In this document: positions 5,744 through 14,354 of the stretch, one piece after another
How the letters are laid out: each line of letters opens with the position of its first letter
Position numbering within the stretch: position 1 is the first letter of the stretch
Source of the DNA: a virus
Lineage: Duplodnaviria > Caudoviricetes
Virus record (IMG/VR): IMGVR_UViG_3300032076_000040
Location: 1-25,918 of that record
Reading direction: 5' to 3' (one strand)
DNA: 25,918 nucleotides
The notes under the pieces: generated by a model
What the model was told of the DNA's origin: nothing
What the model saw: only the letters and a program-made list of their open reading frames with translations
Database searches by the model: none
Program-made: the position numbers and the translations under genes

Positions 5744-7594
5744 ATGCCCCGTCAAAGAGTAGATGATACAATCTGGTCGCAGCGTATTAGTGTTGCGAAG
5801 CGTTACAAAGAGGCGTGGGAGCATCTCTTTAAGGTAAATATTCTCCAAAAATATTACGAAGGTTTCCAATGGAAGTTCGCCGCCGACGCTGGTTACACTC
5901 CTTACACAATCAATAAGATCTACGAAACCATCCAGATTAAGATTGCTGAGTTCATTCCTACTTTCCCTAAGTATGTAGTTTCCTCCCGTGAAGGGAATGA
6001 GTGGGATCTCGAAGCGGCAGCCGCATCCGCCCAGCTCAAGGAAGATACCCTAAATCAAATTGTAAATGACAGCAAATTAAATTATACCGATGAATTGGAG
6101 CAAGCATACAAAGAGTCCTTCTTTGCCTTTGGACTCGTAGAAGTTGGCTATTCAGCCGATTGGATTATAAATCCTAATGCGCCGAAACCGCTACTTGGTA
6201 AAGATGTTGAAAGGGACGGAAACAGAGATTCATTCCGAATTGTCCAAGAACCGCCTGAAATTCCCGTTAACGAGCGGGTTTACATCAAGCACATTCCCGC
6301 CCGGACTTTTATTATCGGTGGTAATGATCACAAGTATCTCAACAGGTGCGGATGGTGTGGATATTACGAATATGTAGATAGAGATGAGCTACTTGCTCTC
6401 CCGAAATTGATGAATCGGGATAAAATTGCTAATATTCAGGGTTCAGATTACGAAGCAGACCGGGAAGTTAGTATCGATTCATTAGAAAACCGGAGCGGTG
6501 GCCGGAATTCAGTCAAACTCTGGCATATTTGGGACCTAAAATCCATAAATCGTCTGCTTATTGTCGATTCTCCCTGTGTTACGGTGTTCCAGAAAGAATT
6601 TAAACACCTCAATTTGTACGATTTGCGTCCCGATAAACGCCTTCGCACCGGAGGTTTTTATCCAATACCGCCCGCCTTTCACTGGCTTTCCCCTCAAGAT
6701 GAGTTTAATGAAACACGCGAAATGTTGCGTGCCCACCGCCGCCGATTTGTGCGGAAATTCCAAATTGTGGAGGGGCGAATTGATGACGAAGAGATTGAGA
6801 AATTCGAAACTGGACCAGATGGCGCCCTTATTAAAGTCAAGGCACCTGAAAGTATCTCGCCAATTCAAAATGCAGATCTCGGTGCCGCTCTAAACGAATC
6901 TCTCGCCACAAGTGCAGACGATTTGAATCGAATTTCTGGTACTTCTGACGATAGTCGGGGCGTTGCGGATCGAACGACAGCAACTCAGGCACAAATCGTT
7001 AATCAGAGATCCGCATTGCGGGAAACAAAAGAACGGGACCGGATTGTAAATTGGGCTTGTCAGATTGGTCGTGGAATTCTTATTATTGTCAATGAAAAAT
7101 TTACGGGGAAAATGCTCGTTGAGCTTTCCGCCCCGGAAGGAACAGAAGATTTTCTAGGTGTTGTTCAGACTCGCAAAGCTGCGATGCGATACGTCACCGC
7201 CGAGGACTTGAAAGATGGCTACGATTTTAAAATTGACGTAGATCTTACTTCTATGTCACAGACAGAACAGGCGGATCAGAAGAAAAAACTGCTCGAATTT
7301 CTGTCTACTCTTACTCAATTCCCGATGGTTGCTTTCAGTCCTTATCTTGTGCGTGAAATTGCAGTTCGTATTGGATACCGGAATGAAAAGACAATTGCTG
7401 AATTCCAGAAGATGGCACTTCTCATGGAATTTGCTCGGATGCAACAACTTCAGCAACAAGCCGGGGCGGCAATGGGTCCAATGCAAAATGGAAATGCCGG
7501 ACAGCAAATTAATCAACAGGCAACTCCGCCGCAGGGACAACAGATTCAAAATCAGCTTGCTAAAGTTCTCCCAATGGCGCAACAGGCAGGCTAA
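5744..7594 (+). CDS. Portal protein (P22-like, podovirus type)
   Basis: 616 aa directly after terL. YYEGFQW, INKIY, Q.E.N and ISG.SD.SRG....TAT motifs, with a Gln-rich C-terminal tail. Confidence 0.88.
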   Translation: MPRQRVDDTIWSQRISVAKRYKEAWEHLFKVNILQKYYEGFQWKFAADAGYTPYTINKIYETIQIKIAEFIPTFPKYVVSSREGNEWDLEAAAASAQLKEDTLNQIVNDSKLNYTDELEQAYKESFFAFGLVEVGYSADWIINPNAPKPLLGKDVERDGNRDSFRIVQEPPEIPVNERVYIKHIPARTFIIGGNDHKYLNRCGWCGYYEYVDRDELLALPKLMNRDKIANIQGSDYEADREVSIDSLENRSGGRNSVKLWHIWDLKSINRLLIVDSPCVTVFQKEFKHLNLYDLRPDKRLRTGGFYPIPPAFHWLSPQDEFNETREMLRAHRRRFVRKFQIVEGRIDDEEIEKFETGPDGALIKVKAPESISPIQNADLGAALNESLATSADDLNRISGTSDDSRGVADRTTATQAQIVNQRSALRETKERDRIVNWACQIGRGILIIVNEKFTGKMLVELSAPEGTEDFLGVVQTRKAAMRYVTAEDLKDGYDFKIDVDLTSMSQTEQADQKKKLLEFLSTLTQFPMVAFSPYLVREIAVRIGYRNEKTIAEFQKMALLMEFARMQQLQQQAGAAMGPMQNGNAGQQINQQATPPQGQQIQNQLAKVLPMAQQAG

Positions 7595-7596
7595 GT

Positions 7597-7860
7597 ATGG
7601 CACATCCATATTTTAAATTACGGGAAAATTTCAGTTCCAAACAGCTCACTCCACATCCGCACGAATCAGAGTGTGTGTCGGATTTAGAATATGACCCGGA
7701 ACATTACGAAATGACGATCCATTTTGTGAAGCGTGGGTCTTACATTTACTACGGAATTGAACCTTGGCTCTTTGCAGAATTCAATAATTCAGGGAGTCGA
7801 GGTCAATATTTTAACCAATATATCAGGCCCATGTATTCTGATTACCAACGTATTGCTTAA
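7597..7860 (+). CDS. KTSC domain protein
   Basis: SECVSDLEYDP...MTIHF..GSYIYYGI...F.EF..SGSRGQYFNQYIR is the KTSC pattern. Confidence 0.85.
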   Translation: MAHPYFKLRENFSSKQLTPHPHESECVSDLEYDPEHYEMTIHFVKRGSYIYYGIEPWLFAEFNNSGSRGQYFNQYIRPMYSDYQRIA

Positions 7861-7871
7861 GGAGAATTTCA

Positions 7872-8660
7872 ATGGCTGACACTAGTTTACAGACTGCAAT
7901 TGCGGACGCCGAAAAGCAACTTACAGGCGAGGCGCCCGCTCAGGAAACTACTGGGGAACCCACTGTCGAGGTTGAAGTAGAAGACTCAGAAGATGAAAGC
8001 GGCGAAGACGGCGTTGAAGACGGCGAATTGGATGAAGCTCAACTTGACGAATCGAAACGTCTTTATCTCGCGTTGAGAGATCCGAAAACCGCCGGGCCGA
8101 TTATTGCAGCGCTTGCCGCCCAAGCTGGTTTGCATTTGACTCCGCAATCTACAAAAGCGGAAGTTAAAGAAGTAAGGAAAACCATTACTGATGCTGTTGC
8201 AGAAGCGCTCGGTGATGAATACAAGTTCTTAGCCCCCAAATTAGGGAAGGCTTTCGAATCCGCCCTGGAAATCCAGCGCGAAGAGCATGAAGCGAGTCTT
8301 CAAGAGATTCGCCAATCACAAGTGGAACGCGATGTTACAACTGCTTATGAGAAGTTGGCGCGCGAAACAAAGGGTGAAAGCAAAAGGCTTGAATCCAAAA
8401 TGGCTTCACTTAGCGAAGAAATTCCTATCGGTACAATGTCCGTTGAGAAATACATTCGTCGTCTTTACAGCATCGCTGTGACCGAATCTCAGCAGACTTC
8501 CGCAAAGAAAACTGCGGATCGTATCCGAAAGAATGCGGGAAACGCGCCTGAAAGACTTCGCTCTGGTAGTGCAGCTGGAACCGATTCCAAATTGCCAGAT
8601 AAAAAAATGAACTTGAATGAATCGGTCAATTTCGCTCTCAAAGAGCTAACCAAAGGATAA
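7872..8660 (+). CDS. Capsid scaffolding protein
   Basis: Acidic disordered N-terminus, helical body, basic C-terminus; directly before the capsid gene; SD AAGGAG. Confidence 0.7.
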   Translation: MADTSLQTAIADAEKQLTGEAPAQETTGEPTVEVEVEDSEDESGEDGVEDGELDEAQLDESKRLYLALRDPKTAGPIIAALAAQAGLHLTPQSTKAEVKEVRKTITDAVAEALGDEYKFLAPKLGKAFESALEIQREEHEASLQEIRQSQVERDVTTAYEKLARETKGESKRLESKMASLSEEIPIGTMSVEKYIRRLYSIAVTESQQTSAKKTADRIRKNAGNAPERLRSGSAAGTDSKLPDKKMNLNESVNFALKELTKG

Positions 8661-8663
8661 TAA

Positions 8664-9788
8664 ATGAGCGTAACTTTCGGCGGTTCGTCTGCTCCTTCGC
8701 AGGTAACCGTAAATCTAGACTCACTTTTCGGTCTTTCTCTGGCGGCGTACAGAAAAGAACTGATCGACAACATTGGGGCAACGAATGCTTTCTTCTTTGA
8801 TATTATTCAGAAGGAACTTTACGAATCCCAAGACGGCGGAACGTACATTCAGGTTCCTTTGATGTATGGTCTGCAAGGCGCCGATTCCTACGATGGATAC
8901 GATGAACTTTCGACGGTTCCCGCTGACGGCATTACGGATGCGATTTTCCAATGGCGTCAGTGTGCCGCTGCAATTGCTTATTCGATGAAAGAAGTCAAAC
9001 AGAATAAGCAACGGTTGGTCGATCTCGTCAAATCCCGAATCAAACAGGCCGAAATGGGATTGCAGGAATTTTTCTCGCAGTCTCTATTTTTTGGTTCTGC
9101 AAATCAGGTGGGCGGAAGTCTCAAAACTCCTTACATTTCTCCTGTCAACGGTTCTTCCTCGATTGAACCGATTGGCGAATTGATTGATTTCACTCCGACC
9201 ACTACGACAACGGTTGGAAACATTGACCAAGGCGCCAATACGTGGTGGAGAAACAAAACTCTCACTTCCGCCGCCACGACTTATGACGGCTTTCTTTTGG
9301 AAGTGGACCAGATTTTCAATCGCGCCAGCCTTGGTACGGGCGGGAAAGTGAAACTGGTCACTTTTGACGAAACCAGTTATGAATTGTTCGTTCACGCCGT
9401 TTACCAGAAATATCGGTACACTCAGGCGAAAACGGATGAAGCGTATCCTTTTGAAAATATTGTCTACAAAGGCGCCCACATCGTCATGGAAGACAAGGTG
9501 CCTGATGTTTACAATTCGATTGCGCCGACTTTGGTTGCAGGCGCTGGTGATCCCAGTACTCTTACAAACGGAAGCGGATATTTCATCAATCCCGAATTCT
9601 TCAAGATGATTTATGAATCCGATTCCGATTTCACCATGCTGAAAGACGATGCGGGTAAGACAATGTTCAAGCCCGTAAATGGTGATTCCCGTGTGGGTCA
9701 CGTTGCCTGGATGGGTAACTTGACTTGCATTAACCGCCGCAAACAGGGCGTCATTGGAAAGATTGCCCGTACTCTCGTTACGCCGTAA
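8664..9788 (+). CDS. Major capsid protein (HK97 fold)
   Basis: 374 aa after the scaffold. LIDNI...N, GGTYIQVPLMYG, SYDGYDEL, WWRN and GNLTCINRRKQG resemble a widespread podovirus-type capsid family. Confidence 0.9.
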   Translation: MSVTFGGSSAPSQVTVNLDSLFGLSLAAYRKELIDNIGATNAFFFDIIQKELYESQDGGTYIQVPLMYGLQGADSYDGYDELSTVPADGITDAIFQWRQCAAAIAYSMKEVKQNKQRLVDLVKSRIKQAEMGLQEFFSQSLFFGSANQVGGSLKTPYISPVNGSSSIEPIGELIDFTPTTTTTVGNIDQGANTWWRNKTLTSAATTYDGFLLEVDQIFNRASLGTGGKVKLVTFDETSYELFVHAVYQKYRYTQAKTDEAYPFENIVYKGAHIVMEDKVPDVYNSIAPTLVAGAGDPSTLTNGSGYFINPEFFKMIYESDSDFTMLKDDAGKTMFKPVNGDSRVGHVAWMGNLTCINRRKQGVIGKIARTLVTP

Positions 9789-9825
9789 GAGATAAATTAC
9801 GGAGAAATGAAGGAGATAAACTTCT

Positions 9826-10332
9826 ATGAGAATGAAAAGTGTAGGAAATAAACGTGATCTGATGGCTGTCGTGATCTATAACGATGAAGCCACCAATTCA
9901 ATTCCCGTCGGCGCCCCGGTAGTTATGAGCTATTCGGGGACGCAAGATGGTTTGGCAGTTGTGCTTCCCGCCACCGCCGCAGATGTCAAACAGACTTCTT
10001 TAGGTTTCGGAGTTTGTTTAGGTGACGGAAAAGGCGGAGCACTTCTTGCAAAAGGTTACGGGGAAGCACAGGTTTTCGGGCATTGTCCCAATGTGAAACT
10101 TCTTCGAACTCGCGCTGCTTCCACCGATGCTTTTGTTTCCATTATCGCGGGTGCTCTACTCAAAGCGGAATCTGTTTCCAATTGCTTTCAGACTGCTGCA
10201 TCTGTTGGAGCATCTGTTCAAATGCCCGCTGCTGTTCTCGCCTCTTCGATTTCCGCCGCAGGTTCCGCGATTTCGTCGCTATCCGTTTTGAGTGTTACTC
10301 AGATGGTTGCGGCGTTTCTTCGGATGATGTAA
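9826..10332 (+). CDS. Probable capsid decoration/cement protein
   Basis: Ala/Ser/Val/Gly-rich, directly after the capsid gene. IPVGAPVV...GFGVC...GYGEAQVFG suggests a beta-tulip-like pattern. SD AAGGAG. Confidence 0.55.
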   Translation: MRMKSVGNKRDLMAVVIYNDEATNSIPVGAPVVMSYSGTQDGLAVVLPATAADVKQTSLGFGVCLGDGKGGALLAKGYGEAQVFGHCPNVKLLRTRAASTDAFVSIIAGALLKAESVSNCFQTAASVGASVQMPAAVLASSISAAGSAISSLSVLSVTQMVAAFLRMM

Positions 10333-10360
10333 ATATTCTGGCAGCCATTACTGAAACTCC

Positions 10361-10388
10361 TGGGGGCGGGGACTTCAAACCCGCCTCA
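10361..10388 (+). terminator. Hairpin after the head genes (weak terminator or mRNA 3' stabiliser)
   Basis: GGGGCGGG-GACTTCAAA-CCCGCCTC stem-loop; no + strand U tract. Confidence 0.4.
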
Positions 10389-10396
10389 AGAAAACC

Positions 10397-11170
10397 ATGA
10401 AAAAGAAAATACTAATCGGAATTAATACTCTCACTGAAGTCAATCAGGCTATTTATTCAAATCATATGCAGCTTTTTTATAGGCTTGGTCGATCTTATTC
10501 TCAATTTGATTTCGGTATCTGTTCTCCTCGCCGCATGTCGATTGACAATATGCGGAATTTTGCAGCTCGGGCGGCAATTGAGGGCGGATTCGAATATCTT
10601 TGGTTTATTGATGACGATGTGTTCATTCCCGCTGACGCATTGAAACACCTTCTAGATCTCAAATCAGACATTGCCGCGGGAATCACCCTGATTCGTGGGT
10701 ATCCCTACGATCCGATGCTTTTCAGTTTTAAAGAGGGTAGAAAAAACAATCGTCTCGTTGAATATAAATCTCTAGTCCGAAAGGACGGTTCTATCCGTAG
10801 GGAAGACGGTTTGGATGCAATCGGATTCTCTTGTTGCTTAATCAGGACTTCCCTGCTAAAGAAAGTCAAGGCCCCTTGGTTTCTGACTGGCACCAATTTT
10901 ACGGAAGACGTTTTCTTCTGCCAGCGGGCGGCGGACCAAAAAAAGAATTTGTCAATTGCAACTACGGATAAGTTCCAAACCGCCCACATCATTGGTTGCG
11001 AAACGATTTCCCCCACAAATGCAGTGGCGCGGCGAGCATACGACGAAAGACTCAATCCTGGGCTTAAAAAGGCTTCAAAGAATGGAAATGTTGTTCACTC
11101 CAACAGCCCGGATGCCGAAAAACTCTTGAATGCTCGCGGGGCACAGATAGCACAGGTTTACGGAAAATAG
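10397..11170 (+). CDS. Glycosyltransferase, GT-A fold (family 2-like)
   Basis: KILIGI first strand, MRNFAA, YLWFIDDD (DxD), GFSCCLIR, PWF and TEDVFFC (catalytic-base ED motif). Confidence 0.88.
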   Translation: MKKKILIGINTLTEVNQAIYSNHMQLFYRLGRSYSQFDFGICSPRRMSIDNMRNFAARAAIEGGFEYLWFIDDDVFIPADALKHLLDLKSDIAAGITLIRGYPYDPMLFSFKEGRKNNRLVEYKSLVRKDGSIRREDGLDAIGFSCCLIRTSLLKKVKAPWFLTGTNFTEDVFFCQRAADQKKNLSIATTDKFQTAHIIGCETISPTNAVARRAYDERLNPGLKKASKNGNVVHSNSPDAEKLLNARGAQIAQVYGK

Positions 11171-11172
11171 AA

Positions 11173-11793
11173 ATGAGCACTCGTGTAGACGTCCGCAAAA
11201 AACTCCAACAGCATTTTAACAATACTGTCTATTATGACGATCAATCACTTAATGATTCGATTCAAGATGGTATGGACGAAATTGCGGCGTTTACCGGGTG
11301 TATTTATAAATCGGTGGAATTGCCTTTCACTCAATTTACAACTTATTATGATCTACTTGCTCTTTGCCCTGATTATGTGGGTGTCGTGGCAATTTTCAAC
11401 AAAGTAATTCGTAGATGGCTCTGGCCTGGAAGTCTAAAAAAATTCAATCAGGATCGAATTGACTGGGATGTTTCGTATGGCACTCCGTATCATTTTTGCC
11501 CTATATCTCATCGATACGTGGCGATCTATAAGAAGCCAGCGGTAGCGACCTATGGAAATTTTATCATGTTTTACCGGGCAGCCGCGCCGACTTTTGCGGA
11601 CAATACGATTATACCTTTACCTGATGAGCATATTACTTGTCTTGAAACTTACTCGATTGCCGATCTTTGGGAACAGGCTCAAGAATACAGTAAGGCGACT
11701 GAAGGTCTGAAGGCATATATAAATAATTTAGAAAATCTTCGTGTTCTAATGCGAAATCAGCGAAATCGTGACCGCTACATGAGTTTAAAATGA
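11173..11793 (+). CDS. Probable head-tail adaptor/tail tubular protein
   Basis: N-terminal helices (YYDDQSLNDSIQDGMDEIA), beta core, IPLPDEH then C-terminal helices. Layout and position fit a podovirus adaptor. Confidence 0.55.
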   Translation: MSTRVDVRKKLQQHFNNTVYYDDQSLNDSIQDGMDEIAAFTGCIYKSVELPFTQFTTYYDLLALCPDYVGVVAIFNKVIRRWLWPGSLKKFNQDRIDWDVSYGTPYHFCPISHRYVAIYKKPAVATYGNFIMFYRAAAPTFADNTIIPLPDEHITCLETYSIADLWEQAQEYSKATEGLKAYINNLENLRVLMRNQRNRDRYMSLK

Positions 11794-12503
11794 GTAATTC
11801 TGCTCCAATCTGGACTGACGAACAACTTGTAGCTTGGGAAGAAGATGCAATTGGTCAGATTGCAGTTGACGTTAATTGTATTTTTGTTCGTGAATGTATT
11901 CCAATTCAGCGCGGACAGAGTGTTTACACTTTACCGCCCTACGTTCGCACAGTGAGGCGAGTTACTTGGCGTGGGAAAACTTTGGATGCGGAATCTTGGG
12001 AAGAATTGACTTTACTTACTCCTGCAACAGTTGGAGGTTTCATTGAAACGTCACTTTCACGGCCGCTTTACTATGCGATGCACCCCACGAATCCCTGGGA
12101 CATCAGAGTTTATCCCACACCGGGAGAAACTTTCACCATTGCTGGAGAACCCAATCCTTATTCCCCCCAGTTTAATTCTCCGTCTTGCATTATCGACTTC
12201 TACCGCGAACCTGATATCACAAATAGTCAACCAGCCATTTCTCTCCCGAAATACGCGCTCAGACGAATCTCAAAAGCCTACGTCTGCTGGAAAGCCTTTG
12301 CCGCCGAAGGACTCGGACAAAATCTGAATGCAAGCAAATTTTATCAGCTAAAATACAATTTTCTGATTGAAAAGTTTCGCGCTATCAATGAAGGTTGTTT
12401 TGTTGCAAAGAAATATTCTGTAGGCGACGGTAGTCTGTCTAATGACACTTACCGTTATCCAAGGCCAATTCTTCCCACTAATTTTGAAGCAGAGAGGTTT
12501 TAA
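11790..12503 (+). CDS. Second adaptor-like protein, paralog-like to the upstream gene
   Basis: WTDEQLVAWEEDAIGQIA...CI, YTLPPYV..VRRV, IRVYPTP, ISLPKY then helices; ATGA overlap. Confidence 0.55.
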   Translation: MSNSAPIWTDEQLVAWEEDAIGQIAVDVNCIFVRECIPIQRGQSVYTLPPYVRTVRRVTWRGKTLDAESWEELTLLTPATVGGFIETSLSRPLYYAMHPTNPWDIRVYPTPGETFTIAGEPNPYSPQFNSPSCIIDFYREPDITNSQPAISLPKYALRRISKAYVCWKAFAAEGLGQNLNASKFYQLKYNFLIEKFRAINEGCFVAKKYSVGDGSLSNDTYRYPRPILPTNFEAERF

Positions 12504-12505
12504 AA

Positions 12506-12970
12506 ATGAACGATTGCGTACGTCTTCGTGGTTGCCTCCGAATTGCAATGCAGGATTTGGATGGTAAAACTGTAGAAGAACGTTTGATTCACAATGTGGT
12601 TGTAACTCAGGGGCGGAGTTGGGTTCTTGGGCAACTGCAAACTGTTAACCAATTAACCGGACAAGCAATCGGTTGGATTGCAATTGGAACTTCCACCACC
12701 GCCCCGACAACCGCCGACGTTTTGTTGGGAAGTGAAGTCCTCCGCATTGCAGTTGGAACTTGGGTCACTTCAACTTTGACTCTGAATCCACCATCTTGGC
12801 AAGCACAGGCCAGTTTCAATTCCACACAGGGAAATACGACTTTGGGCGAAGTTGGCCTATTCAATACCTCGGGGTCCAATCTTGCTACTCTTTTGGGACA
12901 CGCTACGTTTACTTCGTTTAGCAAGACTACCTCGAATACCCTTACGATTTCTTACACTATTTCTGGATAA
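12506..12970 (+). CDS. Thr-rich virion structural (tail/fibre-associated) protein
   Basis: HNVVVTQG, IAIGTSTTAPTTAD..LGSE..R, EVGLFN and KT..NTLTISYTI, a common phage tail-associated pattern. Confidence 0.7.
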   Translation: MNDCVRLRGCLRIAMQDLDGKTVEERLIHNVVVTQGRSWVLGQLQTVNQLTGQAIGWIAIGTSTTAPTTADVLLGSEVLRIAVGTWVTSTLTLNPPSWQAQASFNSTQGNTTLGEVGLFNTSGSNLATLLGHATFTSFSKTTSNTLTISYTISG

Positions 12971-12977
12971 AGAATCT

Positions 12978-13346
12978 ATGGGGGTTCTGTCTGCTTTTAT
13001 AGGTCCAATTTGCCTTCTGTGTGGACTTTTCTTGGCTCTGTATATTAAAGACAAAGCAAGAGAAGTTGCCAAACAAGAGGCAACGGAAGCGATAAAACTC
13101 ACGATCGAAATCTTCAAAAATGAGCTTTCGTCAAAACTGGATGCTATTTACCAGCGGGTTCCTGAACTTAAACTGATGTTTGAGACTCGGGATACCAGAA
13201 TCGAAGTTATAGAAGATAAGCTGGACATGCAGTCAGATGCAATTGTTGATTTGGAGAAAGGCCAAGCGGATATGCTTGCTAGCCTAAATCGGATAAATAC
13301 TACTCTCGAAAGGCTTAAATCTGATGGAAAAACAAGTAGCACATAA
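12978..13346 (+). CDS. Membrane-anchored coiled-coil protein (122 aa), possibly lysis-related
   Basis: ATG 12978 after the upstream stop. One N-terminal TM segment (VLSAFIGPICLLCGLFLALYI) followed by a long coiled coil. Confidence 0.6.
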   Translation: MGVLSAFIGPICLLCGLFLALYIKDKAREVAKQEATEAIKLTIEIFKNELSSKLDAIYQRVPELKLMFETRDTRIEVIEDKLDMQSDAIVDLEKGQADMLASLNRINTTLERLKSDGKTSST

Positions 13347-14343
13347 TTGCGGTCCTGCTCTCATGATTGGTATTCCGACTCTTGGCCGCCCGGTCCCTCT
13401 GCAATGGGCCTTGAACTTTAAGTCCATGTCCCCGCCGATTAACTTCAATTGCGATTTCAATATCGTATTTGGTAAGGAAATTGGATTTGCGCGGAATGAA
13501 TTGGCAAAGGCGGCCTTGAAGCGTGGATGCAAATACTTGTTCTTTCTGGGTGACGATGTTGTGGCGCCCGCTTTCACTTTGCAACAGTTAATTTATCGAA
13601 TGGAAAATATCCCAAACGTGGATGTCGTTGGTGGCGTCTACTGTTCTAAATCCACACCGCCCGCCCCTCTTGTGTTTGATGGGAACGGGCAAGGATCTTA
13701 TTGGGATTGGAAAATTGGGGAGTTCTTTCCCTGCACTGGGCTTGGAATGGACTGCACTCTAATCCGAACAGAACTTTTCGAGCGGATTCCTGAACCTTGG
13801 TTCAAAACCGTCAAAGATGACAATTTTCTAGACGGCGAGAATCGAGTGGAAGAGTGGACTGAGGACCTGTATTTTCTCAAGAAAGCAGCGGATGTTGGGG
13901 CGGGAATCTATTGTGATGCAAGTGTAATTTGTGAGCATTGGGATGTGTACGCAAATAAAGCATATCTTCTACCAAAAGATTCACTCCCGATGCGACTTCA
14001 GGGAATCGACAAAAATAAAAGATGCCTGATGCTTGGCGCTGAACTTGGGCTTGCAGATACATCTTATTCCACTGTTCGCTGTTCACAGGAAAATGATCGG
14101 GCGGCGGACTACAGAGTTTCCTTTGACAACTTACCATTCGAATCAAGCGAATTCGACTTTGTATGCGTTACGGACTGCATTTTGGATATCGACCGTTTCT
14201 TGCCAGAATGGATTCGTGTTGCGAAGTCGGGTGCGAAAATTGCATTTAATCTTCACCCGCGACTCTCCTCCGAATACCTTCTTGCTCACAACGATTTTAA
14301 GTTTGAACTGAATGGCAGTTTCATCGAATTTATTAAGGCTTAA
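13324..14343 (+). CDS. GT-A glycosyltransferase fused to a degenerate class I SAM-methyltransferase-like domain
   Basis: LMIGIPT, ARNELA, YLFFLGDDV, GLGMDCTLIR, PWF, TEDLYF, CEH. C-terminal LMLGAELG...LPFESSEFDFV...EWIRVAKSGA. Confidence 0.85.
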   Translation: MEKQVAHNCGPALMIGIPTLGRPVPLQWALNFKSMSPPINFNCDFNIVFGKEIGFARNELAKAALKRGCKYLFFLGDDVVAPAFTLQQLIYRMENIPNVDVVGGVYCSKSTPPAPLVFDGNGQGSYWDWKIGEFFPCTGLGMDCTLIRTELFERIPEPWFKTVKDDNFLDGENRVEEWTEDLYFLKKAADVGAGIYCDASVICEHWDVYANKAYLLPKDSLPMRLQGIDKNKRCLMLGAELGLADTSYSTVRCSQENDRAADYRVSFDNLPFESSEFDFVCVTDCILDIDRFLPEWIRVAKSGAKIAFNLHPRLSSEYLLAHNDFKFELNGSFIEFIKA

Positions 14344-14354
14344 AAGGCGGGGCG

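Noticed and set aside
9084-9701. 205-aa antisense ORF in the capsid gene, and the other minus-strand ORFs
   Set aside because: All lie opposite well-supported + strand genes, with no recognisable motifs; expected from codon bias.
9760-9830. Programmed frameshift or readthrough extending the capsid protein
   Set aside because: No slippery heptamer seen at the capsid 3' end, and the next gene has its own strong SD.
12852-12977. N-terminal extension of the 12852..13346 ORF
   Set aside because: Overlaps the upstream gene by ~120 nt; ATG 12978 gives clean tiling.
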